In this document: positions 19,733-28,963 of the stretch, in pieces
Numbering within the stretch: the first letter of the stretch is position 1
How the letters are laid out: every line of letters starts with the position of its first letter
Origin: Cyanophyceae cyanobacterium
GTDB taxonomy: Bacteria > Cyanobacteriota > Cyanobacteriia > Cyanobacteriales > JBHJGN01
DNA: 32,349 nucleotides
Assembly: GCA_050331735.1 (NCBI GenBank)
Contig: JBHJGN010000095.1
Location: forward strand, 1 to 32,349
Direction: 5' to 3'
Program-made: the position numbers and the translations under genes
Notes under the pieces: model-generated
The model's input: the letters and a program-made list of their open reading frames with translations, nothing else
Told to the model about the DNA's origin: nothing
Database searches by the model: none

Positions 19733-20074
19733 ATGAAAATAGAAGCCGAAAACTACTGGATAGAATACAACCCAGCGACCGCCACAGCCAGCTTTGCCGG
19801 TACGCTGCGCTTGAACGGGATGGTAGGGTATGGGCCTATTGTTCGGTTGCTCAACGACATTATTGACCAGACCCCCCCACAAGTCACTCTAGATATACAA
19901 AATCTTCAGTTTCTGAACAGTTCTGGCATTAATGTTCTCTCGAAGTTTGTGATTCAGGCTAGACAAAAACAACTGTCACTGCTGGTGAAAGGGTCTCAGT
20001 CGATTTCCTGGCAAAAAAAGCTCCTAAAAAATCTTCAGCGATTAATGCCCGCTTTACAAGTCGAATTTACCTAA
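19733..20074 (+). CDS. STAS-like anti-anti-sigma protein (Slr1659-like/SiaC-like)
   Basis: LDIQNLQFLNSSGINVL with the STAS phosphoacceptor serine region; WQKK.L.NLQRLMP. Confidence 0.82.
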   Translation: MKIEAENYWIEYNPATATASFAGTLRLNGMVGYGPIVRLLNDIIDQTPPQVTLDIQNLQFLNSSGINVLSKFVIQARQKQLSLLVKGSQSISWQKKLLKNLQRLMPALQVEFT

Positions 20075-20131
20075 AGTAGAGTGCTAGGAACTCACCCGGT
20101 GAAACTTGCCGTGGGAGACGTTGGCACGGTG

Positions 20132-20425
20132 CTACAGCCAGGTAGAAACGGAACGCAATCCTTCAGGAATTGGCGTTTCGGGGGGGAATTCTAAGGTTGT
20201 TTCGCGATCGCCCAAATACCCGGACTCGGTAAAAGCAAGCAGCATCCGCGACAGGGCTACCCACACCTCGCGGTCGAATTCCCAGTCCCCCTCCCGAGGC
20301 GAATAACAGGAAATCGACCGCAACGCCCAAAAGTAGCTGTTGCGCACGACTGACCCGCCTTTTTTGTAGCCAGGAAGATCGTCAGAGTTAATCACAATAA
20401 TGTCGTCTTTGAGAGACACTCTCAT
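20132..20425 (-). CDS. Conserved-looking cyanobacterial hypothetical protein (about 97 aa)
   Basis: MRVSLKDDIIVINSDDLP.YKKGGSVVRNSYFWALRSI...; ATG 20425 avoids the overlap with nlpD that the ORF-track start would create. Confidence 0.7.
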   Translation of the reverse strand: MRVSLKDDIIVINSDDLPGYKKGGSVVRNSYFWALRSISCYSPREGDWEFDREVWVALSRMLLAFTESGYLGDRETTLEFPPETPIPEGLRSVSTWL

Positions 20426-20465
20426 CGCTGCTGAGGCTGGTGGGTAGCGCCTTCGACACTGTTGA

Positions 20466-22283
20466 CTATTCAGGCTTTGGTAAAAACGCCATCGGATTGA
20501 CGGCTCCCTTACCCTCCGGGTGGATTTCAAAATGCAGGTGAGGACCGGTACTATAGCCGCTGTTCCCCATCTCCGCAATGAGCTGCCCTTGCTCAACGTA
20601 CTGACCTTGGCGCACCAAAATTCGGCTATTGTGGGCATACAGCGAGAGGCTGCCGTTGTCGTGCTTCACCTTGACCAGGTTGCCGAAGCCGCCAGAATTC
20701 CAGCCCGCGGAGACAACTTGACCAGCCGCCACCGCCACAATCGGAGTGCCGATGGGACCAGCCACGTCAATGCCCTTGTGCATTCTTCCCCACCGTCTGC
20801 CGTAACCGGATGTTAACACGCCGGCTGCTGGCCAGATATAGCCCGTAAATTGGGTGCCTCGCTCGCTGTCGGGGAGATACGGCTCCGGAGAAGACAGCGG
20901 CGGCAGTTCGGGTTCTACCATCTCTCCGGCTAACGGTTGCAGTCTTGAGTAGTATTCAATCTCTACCGGAGCCGTAGCCGGAGAGCGCCTGGCTTGCTGA
21001 CCGCGAAGGTGACCAAGAGAGCGCCGGGAATATTTTTTCTCGGCGTTCAGGTTTTGAGCAGAGCGAGGGGGGCTAGTTCTTGGCGGCTGAGGAGACTGAG
21101 CGCGATACTCTTGCTGGAGCTTGGCGACATCAGCTCTCAGCTTTTCGGCGTAGGAATCGGCTTCTAGAGGCTGGTTGGTCGGCTGAGCTAAACTGTTAAC
21201 GTTTGAGGTCGTGACTGTCGCAGTACTGGCTCGCTCATGGCGAGGGGATTCAAGCGAGCGAGCTTGCTCAAAGCAGCAGCCAGGGCGCTCGTCGAGTAGG
21301 GTTTCTCCGGCATCTGAGGTATCCGCCATCCGGTAGGAACCTCCAACTGCTCCCCTGGAAGAGGGAATCTGTAATTGCTGATTGACCTGGATCAGATCCG
21401 GATTCTCTAGCCTGTTGGCCGCCGCTAACTGAGGGTAGGTTACCTGATGCCTGTGAGCAATTTCTTGTAGAGTATCCCCCGGCTTCACCCGGTATACCGG
21501 CTCGACGGACAACGTTGGCTGAAAAATCTGAGGTGGGGGCACAACTGTTGCGCCTGTTGCATCCTCAGTCGGCGAGGACGCACTCCGAGCAGCCGCTAGC
21601 GCTGAATGAGCAATGAGCTGTGGTTTCGAGGATGCCTGCTGCGGAGCGGAATCTTGAGACTCTGGTTTCCACAATTGAGTCAAGCTCAGCGAAAGCTGCT
21701 GCTTCTGCTGTCTTAAATTTGCGAGGGCTTGCTCTTGGCGCTGCTGCACCTCGAGAGACGCTTCGCTGAGTGCCAGTTCTGCACTGCGTTCTTCGGGCTG
21801 TAGCTTCAGAACCTTTGCCGGTTCAGAGCTCGTCGGAATTGAGGTTAACGTCCGAGCGGCTGAAATCGCTTCGGGCTGGCTCCGTTCAGCGGCGATGGTC
21901 GGCAGAGGTTGATAACGCTGGGAAATTTCCCACAGCGTTTCTGATCCGGCGACCGAGGAGGGGGGATGCCCGGGGGCTTGCTGAGTCTCTGGTTCTGTTA
22001 AGCGCTCTGGCAGCGACTGAGCGAGGTTGTCCCCTTGATGGGGAGCCGGGATCAATAGAGTCGGCACAGAAATTGAATCAACGGCTATGGCTCGCTCTTG
22101 GTGGGGAATCAGCACACTGCTGAGAGCGCCAACCGAGAGAAGCAGTTTAAATAAGGGGGTTGAGGAGCGGGTTTCTCCCTGATTGACATCTGTAACTTTC
22201 CTGGGAGTGTGGGGGTCTAAGGGAGCAGATTTTGCTGAGTGTAAGGAAATCGCTTTAACCAACGGCATCATTTCGTCTTTCAA
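20466..22283 (-). CDS. nlpD: LysM + M23 peptidoglycan DD-metalloendopeptidase (NlpD-like)
   Basis: LysM YRVKPGDTLQEIA...N.LENPDLI.VNQ.LQIP; M23 HKGIDVA, YAHN, STGPHLHFE. TTG start at 22283 follows GGAGG. Confidence 0.88.
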   Translation of the reverse strand: MKDEMMPLVKAISLHSAKSAPLDPHTPRKVTDVNQGETRSSTPLFKLLLSVGALSSVLIPHQERAIAVDSISVPTLLIPAPHQGDNLAQSLPERLTEPETQQAPGHPPSSVAGSETLWEISQRYQPLPTIAAERSQPEAISAARTLTSIPTSSEPAKVLKLQPEERSAELALSEASLEVQQRQEQALANLRQQKQQLSLSLTQLWKPESQDSAPQQASSKPQLIAHSALAAARSASSPTEDATGATVVPPPQIFQPTLSVEPVYRVKPGDTLQEIAHRHQVTYPQLAAANRLENPDLIQVNQQLQIPSSRGAVGGSYRMADTSDAGETLLDERPGCCFEQARSLESPRHERASTATVTTSNVNSLAQPTNQPLEADSYAEKLRADVAKLQQEYRAQSPQPPRTSPPRSAQNLNAEKKYSRRSLGHLRGQQARRSPATAPVEIEYYSRLQPLAGEMVEPELPPLSSPEPYLPDSERGTQFTGYIWPAAGVLTSGYGRRWGRMHKGIDVAGPIGTPIVAVAAGQVVSAGWNSGGFGNLVKVKHDNGSLSLYAHNSRILVRQGQYVEQGQLIAEMGNSGYSTGPHLHFEIHPEGKGAVNPMAFLPKPE

Positions 22284-22549
22284 GAACAGCCTCCTAACCG
22301 ACAACAAGTTCTTCAGCTCTAGACAGATTGAGGGGTTCAACCGAAAAATCGAGCCTCTTTAATCATTTATCTGAAGTCGGGAAGTCTCGATCTACAGATA
22401 GTTTCCATGCTGTCTAGGAAAGATTAACCTGGTTTTTTATTTTAGACAAGTTCTTTTTGGTCGTAACTTTTGAAATCTGCCCTGTTAGCGATCGCTATTT
22501 GGGGTTAAATCCGCTCGGATGATCAAGCGAGCTCAATAAGGCCCCGCTG

Positions 22550-23032
22550 TTACTTTCCCTTTGGCGGCTGAGAATGGAGATAGCCGAGCTGCCGCCTCGC
22601 TTCAAACAGACCAATCGCCACGCTCACAGAAAGATTTAAACTGCGAACCTGTTTTTGGGTCATGGGAATAAACACGCTCAGGTCACATTTTGATAGCACC
22701 TGTGGCGGTAGACCCGTCGTTTCGCTTCCAAAAAGCAGCCAATCATCTGTCTGAAATTGGCATTCAAGATAGTTACAGCGGCCTGACGCACTAAAGCCGA
22801 TTAAGCGGCCTCCGGCAGCTTGGTAAACCGCCTGAAACTCTTGCAGATGCTGATGGTGGTATACCTTGACGTAGGGCCAGTAATCTAATCCGGCTCGTTT
22901 GAGGTGGCGATCGCTGATTTCAAAGCCCAAGGGACCGACTAAATGAAGCTCTGTTCCCGTCGCTGCACACGTTCTCGCAATGTTTCCCGTATTGGGAGGG
23001 ATCTGCGGCTGAACCAGCACCACTCTAGGCAT
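22550..23032 (-). CDS. trmL: tRNA (cytidine/uridine-34 2'-O)-methyltransferase
   Basis: PQIPPNTGNIARTC, LKRAGLDYW, FGSETTGLP, RSLNLS. Confidence 0.95.
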   Translation of the reverse strand: MPRVVLVQPQIPPNTGNIARTCAATGTELHLVGPLGFEISDRHLKRAGLDYWPYVKVYHHQHLQEFQAVYQAAGGRLIGFSASGRCNYLECQFQTDDWLLFGSETTGLPPQVLSKCDLSVFIPMTQKQVRSLNLSVSVAIGLFEARRQLGYLHSQPPKGK

Positions 23033-23087
23033 CCTTTGTCCTTTTTTCTCTGTCTTTCGGGAGCCCCAATCAATGACTAGTGACGAA

Positions 23088-24224
23088 CTAAGCGACTAAC
23101 GCTTGGCAAAGCTTGTGCTCAAGTTCTTGCTCTTGCTCTGCCATTGTTTGAATCGCCTGAACAATAATTTGCTGGCTACTGAGACCGAGGGCATGAAGCT
23201 GAAGCCACTGCTGAGCGGTGTTGCCTTCTCGCAGAATTTTTTGGACAGGCGATAGAAAACAGCTAAATCCTTGCTGCCTAGCCACCGGCCACACTTCCTG
23301 GTAAATTTCTGCAATCCAATCTCGCGCCGTGATGCTGCTGCCATCTTGCCAGTGTCGTAGTTGAGCATCAAGACTCGATTCGGCGGCTGCCGCTTCGTTG
23401 GCATCGGTGAGAGCGATCAGTTCTTCTGCCTTAAACTGGCTCCGCTCTAGCGGATCGAGACTGGGGTCGGTGATTAACTGGAGCAAACGCGCTTCTAGGA
23501 GAGCCGTCACGGCTAAAAGAGCAATGGGGTCGGCGACCAGGTCACAAATTCTCAGCTCTAGGCGATTGAGGTCGTAGGGGCGGCGCTCGCCATTGGGACG
23601 AACCGATGACCACAAATGTCGTACGCTTTGCAGCACTCCGGTTTGAAGCTGAGCTTCTGTCCAGTCGATGAAGTGGGCATGACTCTCGAAGAAGGGAACG
23701 TGGGCTGGAACTTTGGGAAATAACCCCCAGCGAGTCGAGTGATACCCGGTTGTCTGGCCATCTAGAAAAGGAGAAGAAGCGCTCAAGGCTAAATAGAGCG
23801 GAGCTTCGGCACGAATGAGCCGCACCGCTCTCATCAGGGTTTCTGGGTCGCTGATGCCGACGTTGATATGAATGCTCGCGGTGACAACCTTGCTGCCGTA
23901 GGCATGCTCAATAAAGTCGTGGTAGGGGTTATCCGGACTGGAGCGGTAAAAGCGATCGCTGCCAGAAAGAGATAAAGTGCTGCCTGGGATGAGGGTGTAC
24001 CCTCGACCATTTAAGTAGCTGCGCAGTTGCCGCCGAGGACGCAGGAGGGCACATAACAAGCGCTCATAAGATGATAGAGGCGCAGTGGCGTATTCGACAT
24101 TGCGAGTATCTGGTTCTCTCATGAATCCGTCTAAATCGGCAACGATGCGGTCCGAAAGACCGACAATCTCACCTTGAGACGTACCAGTATACATTTCGAC
24201 TTCAAAGCCTTTGGTTAGGGACAC
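23088..24224 (-). CDS. gshA: Glutamate--cysteine ligase (cyanobacterial GCS2 type)
   Basis: KGFEVEMYTG, EPD.RNVEY, VVTASIHIN, LSASSPF, HLWSSVRPNG, RLELRICD. Confidence 0.9.
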   Translation of the reverse strand: MSLTKGFEVEMYTGTSQGEIVGLSDRIVADLDGFMREPDTRNVEYATAPLSSYERLLCALLRPRRQLRSYLNGRGYTLIPGSTLSLSGSDRFYRSSPDNPYHDFIEHAYGSKVVTASIHINVGISDPETLMRAVRLIRAEAPLYLALSASSPFLDGQTTGYHSTRWGLFPKVPAHVPFFESHAHFIDWTEAQLQTGVLQSVRHLWSSVRPNGERRPYDLNRLELRICDLVADPIALLAVTALLEARLLQLITDPSLDPLERSQFKAEELIALTDANEAAAAESSLDAQLRHWQDGSSITARDWIAEIYQEVWPVARQQGFSCFLSPVQKILREGNTAQQWLQLHALGLSSQQIIVQAIQTMAEQEQELEHKLCQALVA

Positions 24225-24482
24225 GCTTTCTCCTGGGGTAAGCTTGGGCGGGGCTGAGCGCTACTGGCGTCTTTCTCAATCGAGAAGGCAACAGGCACTG
24301 AAATAAGGCACAAATTAAGCTTTTAATTAACTTAATTTTGCTAGTTTACTTATTATATTCGCTCACGATTGGGGTCGATTCATGCTTCTGGAGGTAGAAA
24401 AGCCGCTGAACGAGTTGACGGAATCTTCAGCGGTTTTGAGTTATTATATCTAAGCTTATTGGGTGACGGAGGTAAAGTCATT

Positions 24483-24632
24483 TTGGTCTGCAATTCTACC
24501 GAGAAGCTAATAAAGTATTATCAAGTCGAGCAGCAAGTAAAATATTTGCATCTGCTTTTAGACACTGACGATCTTCTCCAGCAGCTACAAACGCTCAAAG
24601 ACAAGCGAGTACTTGATTACACTCAAAACTGA
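24483..24632 (+). CDS. Small hypothetical protein (about 49 aa) upstream of ycf23
   Basis: GGAGG then TTG at 24483; Y...QQVKYLHL...D.LLQQLQTLK reads as a helical peptide. Confidence 0.55.
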   Translation: MVCNSTEKLIKYYQVEQQVKYLHLLLDTDDLLQQLQTLKDKRVLDYTQN

Positions 24633-24686
24633 TCGCCAAGATGAAGACGGCAGCAGACAACCAGACGATGTAAAGGAACACAACCG

Positions 24687-25427
24687 ATGACTAGATCCCC
24701 TTGGCTAAAGCAATTCGAGCAACGGAACGTTCTCAAAGTCATTAGCGGCTTGAACAATTTCGACCGCGAACGGGTGGCGGCTATTGTAAAGGCGGCGGAA
24801 GCCGGAGGCGCTACTTTTGTAGATATTGCTGCTGCTCCAGACTTGATTCGCTATGTGCGAACTCTGATCGATATTCCTATTTGTGTTTCGGCGGTGGAAC
24901 CGGAAAAATTTGTGCAGGCGGTGCAAGCCGGGGCAGACAGTATCGAAATTGGTAACTTTGATAGTTTCTATGCTCAGGGACGGCGCTTCGAGGGTCCAGA
25001 AGTGCTAGCGCTCACTCTAGCAACCCGGACTCTTTTACCAGATACTCCCCTGTCTGTGACGGTGCCTCATATTTTACCTCTCGACGAGCAGGTGGCGTTA
25101 GCAGAAGCCCTCGTTGCTGCCGGAGCAGACACGATTCAAACCGAAGGCGGCACCAGTAGTCAGCCTACCCATGCGGGGACATTGGGACTGATTGAAAAAG
25201 CGGCGCCGACGCTAGCAGCCGCCCACAGTATTTCCCAGGCTGTATCGGTTCCGGTACTGTGTGCCTCTGGTTTATCAAGTGTAACTGTTCCCATGGCGAT
25301 CGCCGCTGGCGCTTCCGGAGTCGGAGTCGGGTCAGCCGTCAACCAGCTCAATGATGAAGTGGCCATGGTCGCAGCGGTAAAAAGCCTGGTTGAAGCTTTA
25401 AGCAGCCAAGCGCCCGTGGTCGGATAA
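24687..25427 (+). CDS. ycf23: Ycf23 / DUF561 family protein
   Basis: LKVISGLNNFD, GGATFVDIAA, IEIGNFDSFY, LSVTVPH.L.LDEQ, IQTEGG. Confidence 0.92.
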   Translation: MTRSPWLKQFEQRNVLKVISGLNNFDRERVAAIVKAAEAGGATFVDIAAAPDLIRYVRTLIDIPICVSAVEPEKFVQAVQAGADSIEIGNFDSFYAQGRRFEGPEVLALTLATRTLLPDTPLSVTVPHILPLDEQVALAEALVAAGADTIQTEGGTSSQPTHAGTLGLIEKAAPTLAAAHSISQAVSVPVLCASGLSSVTVPMAIAAGASGVGVGSAVNQLNDEVAMVAAVKSLVEALSSQAPVVG

Positions 25428-25443
25428 CAGTGCCACAGGCCAA

Positions 25444-25509
25444 ACTCAAAGTCATTTTTGAGTAACCTCGCCGTCTCCCTGAAGGCCTTCAGGGAGACGG
25501 CGAGTGTTA
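25444..25509. terminator. Hairpin pair between convergent ycf23 and degT, including a 38-bp perfect palindrome (25467-25504); possible bidirectional terminator
   Basis: ctcgccgtctccctgaagg|ccttcagggagacggcgag is self-complementary and is preceded by actcaaa-gtcatt-tttgagt. Confidence 0.65.
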
Positions 25510-26622
25510 GTGTTGCCTAAATTCAATACAGTCTTTAAGACCATAGGCAACCTGCTGCTGCTCTACCGAAGAAAGCTCAGGAAACATCGGCAGAGATAAA
25601 ACCGCGCGGGCTGCTTGCTCAGACTGGGGCAGTTGCCCGCGTTGGTAACCTAACTGTTGATACACTGGCTGGAGAGGCAGCGGGAGCGGATAGTAGACGG
25701 TTGAACCGATACTGAGCTGCTGGAGATGACCGCGGACTCGCTCTCGGTCGGAGAGTAGAACGGTGTACTGGTTCCAAACGCTCCTCGCCAAGGCAGGTTC
25801 TTGAGGCACTCGAATGCCCATCGGCTGAAGGAGCTCGTGGTAGCGAGCGGCAATCTCTCGCCGCTGCTGGTTCCACTCGTCGAGGTAGCGGAGCTTAATC
25901 TGTAAAATGGCGGCTTGAACGGCATCAAGACGACTGTTGACTCCAACAGCCTCGTGAATATAGCGATCGCTTTTTCCATGATCGCCCAATCGTCTGATCT
26001 GAGCCGCAATGTCGGGATCGTTAGTCGTGACGGCTCCACCATCACCGCAGGCTCCCAAATTTTTGGTGGGGTAGAAGCTGAAACAGCCCACCTGCCCGAT
26101 GCTCCCTACCTTTTGGCCAGACCATTCTGCGCCCGTAGCCTGAGCGCAATCTTCCACCACGGCTACTCCGCGCTGGCGGGCCAGGGCCATCAGCTTGGTC
26201 ATCTCCACAGGCTGGCCAAACAAGTGGACAGGGAGAATGGCTTTGGTTTTGGAAGTAATGGCCGCTGCGGCTGCCTCAACGTTTAGATTAAACGTCTTCA
26301 AATCAATATCCACAAAAACTGGCGTTGCGCCTGTCAGGCTAATCGTCTCCGCCGTGGCAATAAAAGAAAACGCTGTGGTGATGACTTCATCCCCTGGTCC
26401 GACGTTGAGCGCTCGCAAAGCGAGATAGAGAGCGTCTGTACCAGAGTTACAGGCCACGCACTCAGATACCCCAATATAGCTGGCAAACTGCTGTTCAAAT
26501 TCTGTGATCGCTGCTCCACCAATATAGCGACCAGAGCTAAGCACGGCCAAAACGGCTGCTTCTGTCTCTTCTCGAATGAGTTGGTATTGTCGCGTCAGCT
26601 CAAAGGGAGGAATAGTGTTCAC
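25507..26622 (-). CDS. DegT/DnrJ/EryC1/StrS PLP-dependent sugar aminotransferase
   Basis: NSGTDAL, PVHLFGQ, VEDCAQA, FSFYPTKNLGACGDGG, NSRLD. Confidence 0.95.
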   Translation of the reverse strand: MNTIPPFELTRQYQLIREETEAAVLAVLSSGRYIGGAAITEFEQQFASYIGVSECVACNSGTDALYLALRALNVGPGDEVITTAFSFIATAETISLTGATPVFVDIDLKTFNLNVEAAAAAITSKTKAILPVHLFGQPVEMTKLMALARQRGVAVVEDCAQATGAEWSGQKVGSIGQVGCFSFYPTKNLGACGDGGAVTTNDPDIAAQIRRLGDHGKSDRYIHEAVGVNSRLDAVQAAILQIKLRYLDEWNQQRREIAARYHELLQPMGIRVPQEPALARSVWNQYTVLLSDRERVRGHLQQLSIGSTVYYPLPLPLQPVYQQLGYQRGQLPQSEQAARAVLSLPMFPELSSVEQQQVAYGLKDCIEFRQH

Positions 26623-26742
26623 TCGTTTCTGCTCACATCTAGTCTTGGATCGTTATACGATTAAACTTGATTCTCTGCTAATTGAACAGCCATCGATTAT
26701 GGGAGAAACGGCTAGAGCCTTTCCCACAGTATCGAATACAGA

Positions 26743-28749
26743 TTAATGGCTGACGGTTTGGGGAGTAGAAAGTTTCTGCTGCTGAGATCTCAACGTCCAC
26801 AACCACCCCAGAAGCAAGGGAAGCCATAGCAGTCCTCTCTCTAAACCAGTCAGTAACAAATAATCGCTGCCCATCGCCATCCGGTGCGGGAGCAGAAAGT
26901 AAACAAAAGCAGAAAGACTAACGAAACGGACTCCCCAATTTTGGGTAGCAACGGCAAAGGGAACGAGCCAGGTAAAGTACCAGGCGTGAATAATTGGGGA
27001 TATTGTTAACAAAGCTAAAAAATAACCTTGCACAAATTGTTGAAAATTGTTTGCTCGACTCAACAGAAATAGCCCGGTTAAAGCGAGCGGCAATAAATAA
27101 TACCAATTGGCCCGACGCGACTCTTCCCAAACGAGGGAGACAAGATAGGGGAGTAATTCAGCACTGCGTCCGTAGGAGACAAACACCGAATCTGTGGGAA
27201 TTAGAGGACAGGCTCCGAATCGACAAAAGGGCATGGCGCTCACGATTAAGGGAAGCAGACCGCAGATAACGACCCCTGCTGTCTGCTGCCAGCTTTCCTT
27301 GCGGTAGGCTTGCCAGACCAGAAAACTTAAAATGGGTAAAGACATCCACTTCACCGCTACGCTAATGCCTAATAGCAAAGCACTGCCAACCCAGCGCCCT
27401 TGACAACCAAAATCAAAGAGCAATCCCGCAGCCACCAGGGGAAGCAGAAACCAGCTATCGTAGTGTGCTCCTCCGGCAAACGAGTAGATGATCAGCGGAT
27501 TCCAAGCGTAGAGAGTCGTTTTTAAATAACCAAAGCGGCGACTGAGCAGCCAGCAAACCAGCACATCGGCCAGAATAAAGGCGAGCTTGTATAAGAGAAC
27601 GCTCGGAGCGATCACAGCGAGTCCTCGAAAGCCCAATTGGGCGATGGGCGGATAGATAGCAGAAACGTTCAGGTGATTAATCATTCCCCACCATTCCGGA
27701 CGCAGAGGCACGAGTTCCGGCGCATCTGGAGCAAAATGATAGGGACTAAACCCAAAGTTTTGAATGTATCCTTCCCAGAGATAGCGCCAGACATCGCTTC
27801 CTGGAAACATGGGCAATAGGACGAGCCGAGTCAGCAGAGTAATGGCCCAAAATCGAGCACCGTCGAGCGTCTCGAGCCTCCAGGATAGGATGAACCCCAC
27901 GCTCATCACTCCGATGCCTAACCAAAATTGAGGCACAGATCCGGTATGAAAATCGCCGTGGGGAAACGTTAAGAGAGCGCCGAACAGGAGAAACAGAGCG
28001 CTTCCCCACTCAGCAATGCTAAATTGCCACCGCCGCAGATACAGTTTCATGAGAGTGCTGAGAATAATTGTTCCGGCTTGAAAGCTGCCCGAGAGAGTCC
28101 CGGAGATTTTAGAATAACCGCCCTGCCGCGAACGGTAGCCCACCGGCAATTCACAGATCCGCAGACAAGCTTCAACGGCTTTGACCTGCATCTCCACAGT
28201 CCAGCCGAAGCCGCGATCGCGCATCTGAAGTTGCTCTAACGCTCGACGACGAACGAGACGCAAAGGCCCGAGATCGTGGTACTGGTGTCCCCACCCCCAG
28301 CGAATCAGAAAGCTCGCTAACCGATTGCCAAAGTTTTGAGCGGGAGTCAGCGCTTGGCGACCAGCGAGGGTGGCGCGGCGGTTACCAATGATCAGATCGA
28401 CGCTGGGAGCAACGGCCCAAAACTGAGGAAGCTGAGCCAGATCGTCACTGCCATCTCCATCGCAGAATAAAATCCACTCGATACCGGGAGGCAGGTTCTG
28501 CAACCCCCGCCAGCAGGCTCGACCATAGCCAGGGACAGGCTCACACACCACTTCTGCCCCCGCCGCTTTGGCTTGATACGCGCTGCCATCGGTGCTGCCG
28601 TTATCCACCACTCGTATTTTGGTCAATCCCTGGGACTGTAAAGCCTGAATCACCCCGACTAAGGTGGTGGCTTCATTGCGGACAGGAATAATGACGAGAA
28701 CCTGGTCAATGACTCTTGAACCAGTATTAGCCTGTTGACCAGTTTCCAT
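26743..28749 (-). CDS. GT2 glycosyltransferase fused to a polytopic GT-C-like (GT87/DUF2029-like) membrane domain
   Basis: IIPVRNE, VDNGSTD, FCDGDGSD, FGWTVEMQ; then SDVWRYLWEG, AIYPP, YAWNPL, HAWY and many TM segments. Confidence 0.85.
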   Translation of the reverse strand: METGQQANTGSRVIDQVLVIIPVRNEATTLVGVIQALQSQGLTKIRVVDNGSTDGSAYQAKAAGAEVVCEPVPGYGRACWRGLQNLPPGIEWILFCDGDGSDDLAQLPQFWAVAPSVDLIIGNRRATLAGRQALTPAQNFGNRLASFLIRWGWGHQYHDLGPLRLVRRRALEQLQMRDRGFGWTVEMQVKAVEACLRICELPVGYRSRQGGYSKISGTLSGSFQAGTIILSTLMKLYLRRWQFSIAEWGSALFLLFGALLTFPHGDFHTGSVPQFWLGIGVMSVGFILSWRLETLDGARFWAITLLTRLVLLPMFPGSDVWRYLWEGYIQNFGFSPYHFAPDAPELVPLRPEWWGMINHLNVSAIYPPIAQLGFRGLAVIAPSVLLYKLAFILADVLVCWLLSRRFGYLKTTLYAWNPLIIYSFAGGAHYDSWFLLPLVAAGLLFDFGCQGRWVGSALLLGISVAVKWMSLPILSFLVWQAYRKESWQQTAGVVICGLLPLIVSAMPFCRFGACPLIPTDSVFVSYGRSAELLPYLVSLVWEESRRANWYYLLPLALTGLFLLSRANNFQQFVQGYFLALLTISPIIHAWYFTWLVPFAVATQNWGVRFVSLSAFVYFLLPHRMAMGSDYLLLTGLERGLLWLPLLLGWLWTLRSQQQKLSTPQTVSH

Positions 28750-28963
28750 CTGAGATCGAAAGGTTGCTAAAACTGTAGAGAGGTTGTCTGGGAGCCGTGA
28801 GGACGAGAGGCGGAAGCGTTTTAGTTAACTCTGGGTGTTCGCCCTCGACTGGAGACAGTGAGGTTTAAAGTTGTTTTGGCAAGACAGACTTGCTTATTTT
28901 GGCTCAGATTTCTGAGAAAAAGCTGAAATTGCCATGATTTTTACTGAGAGTAGCCAGCGGTTT

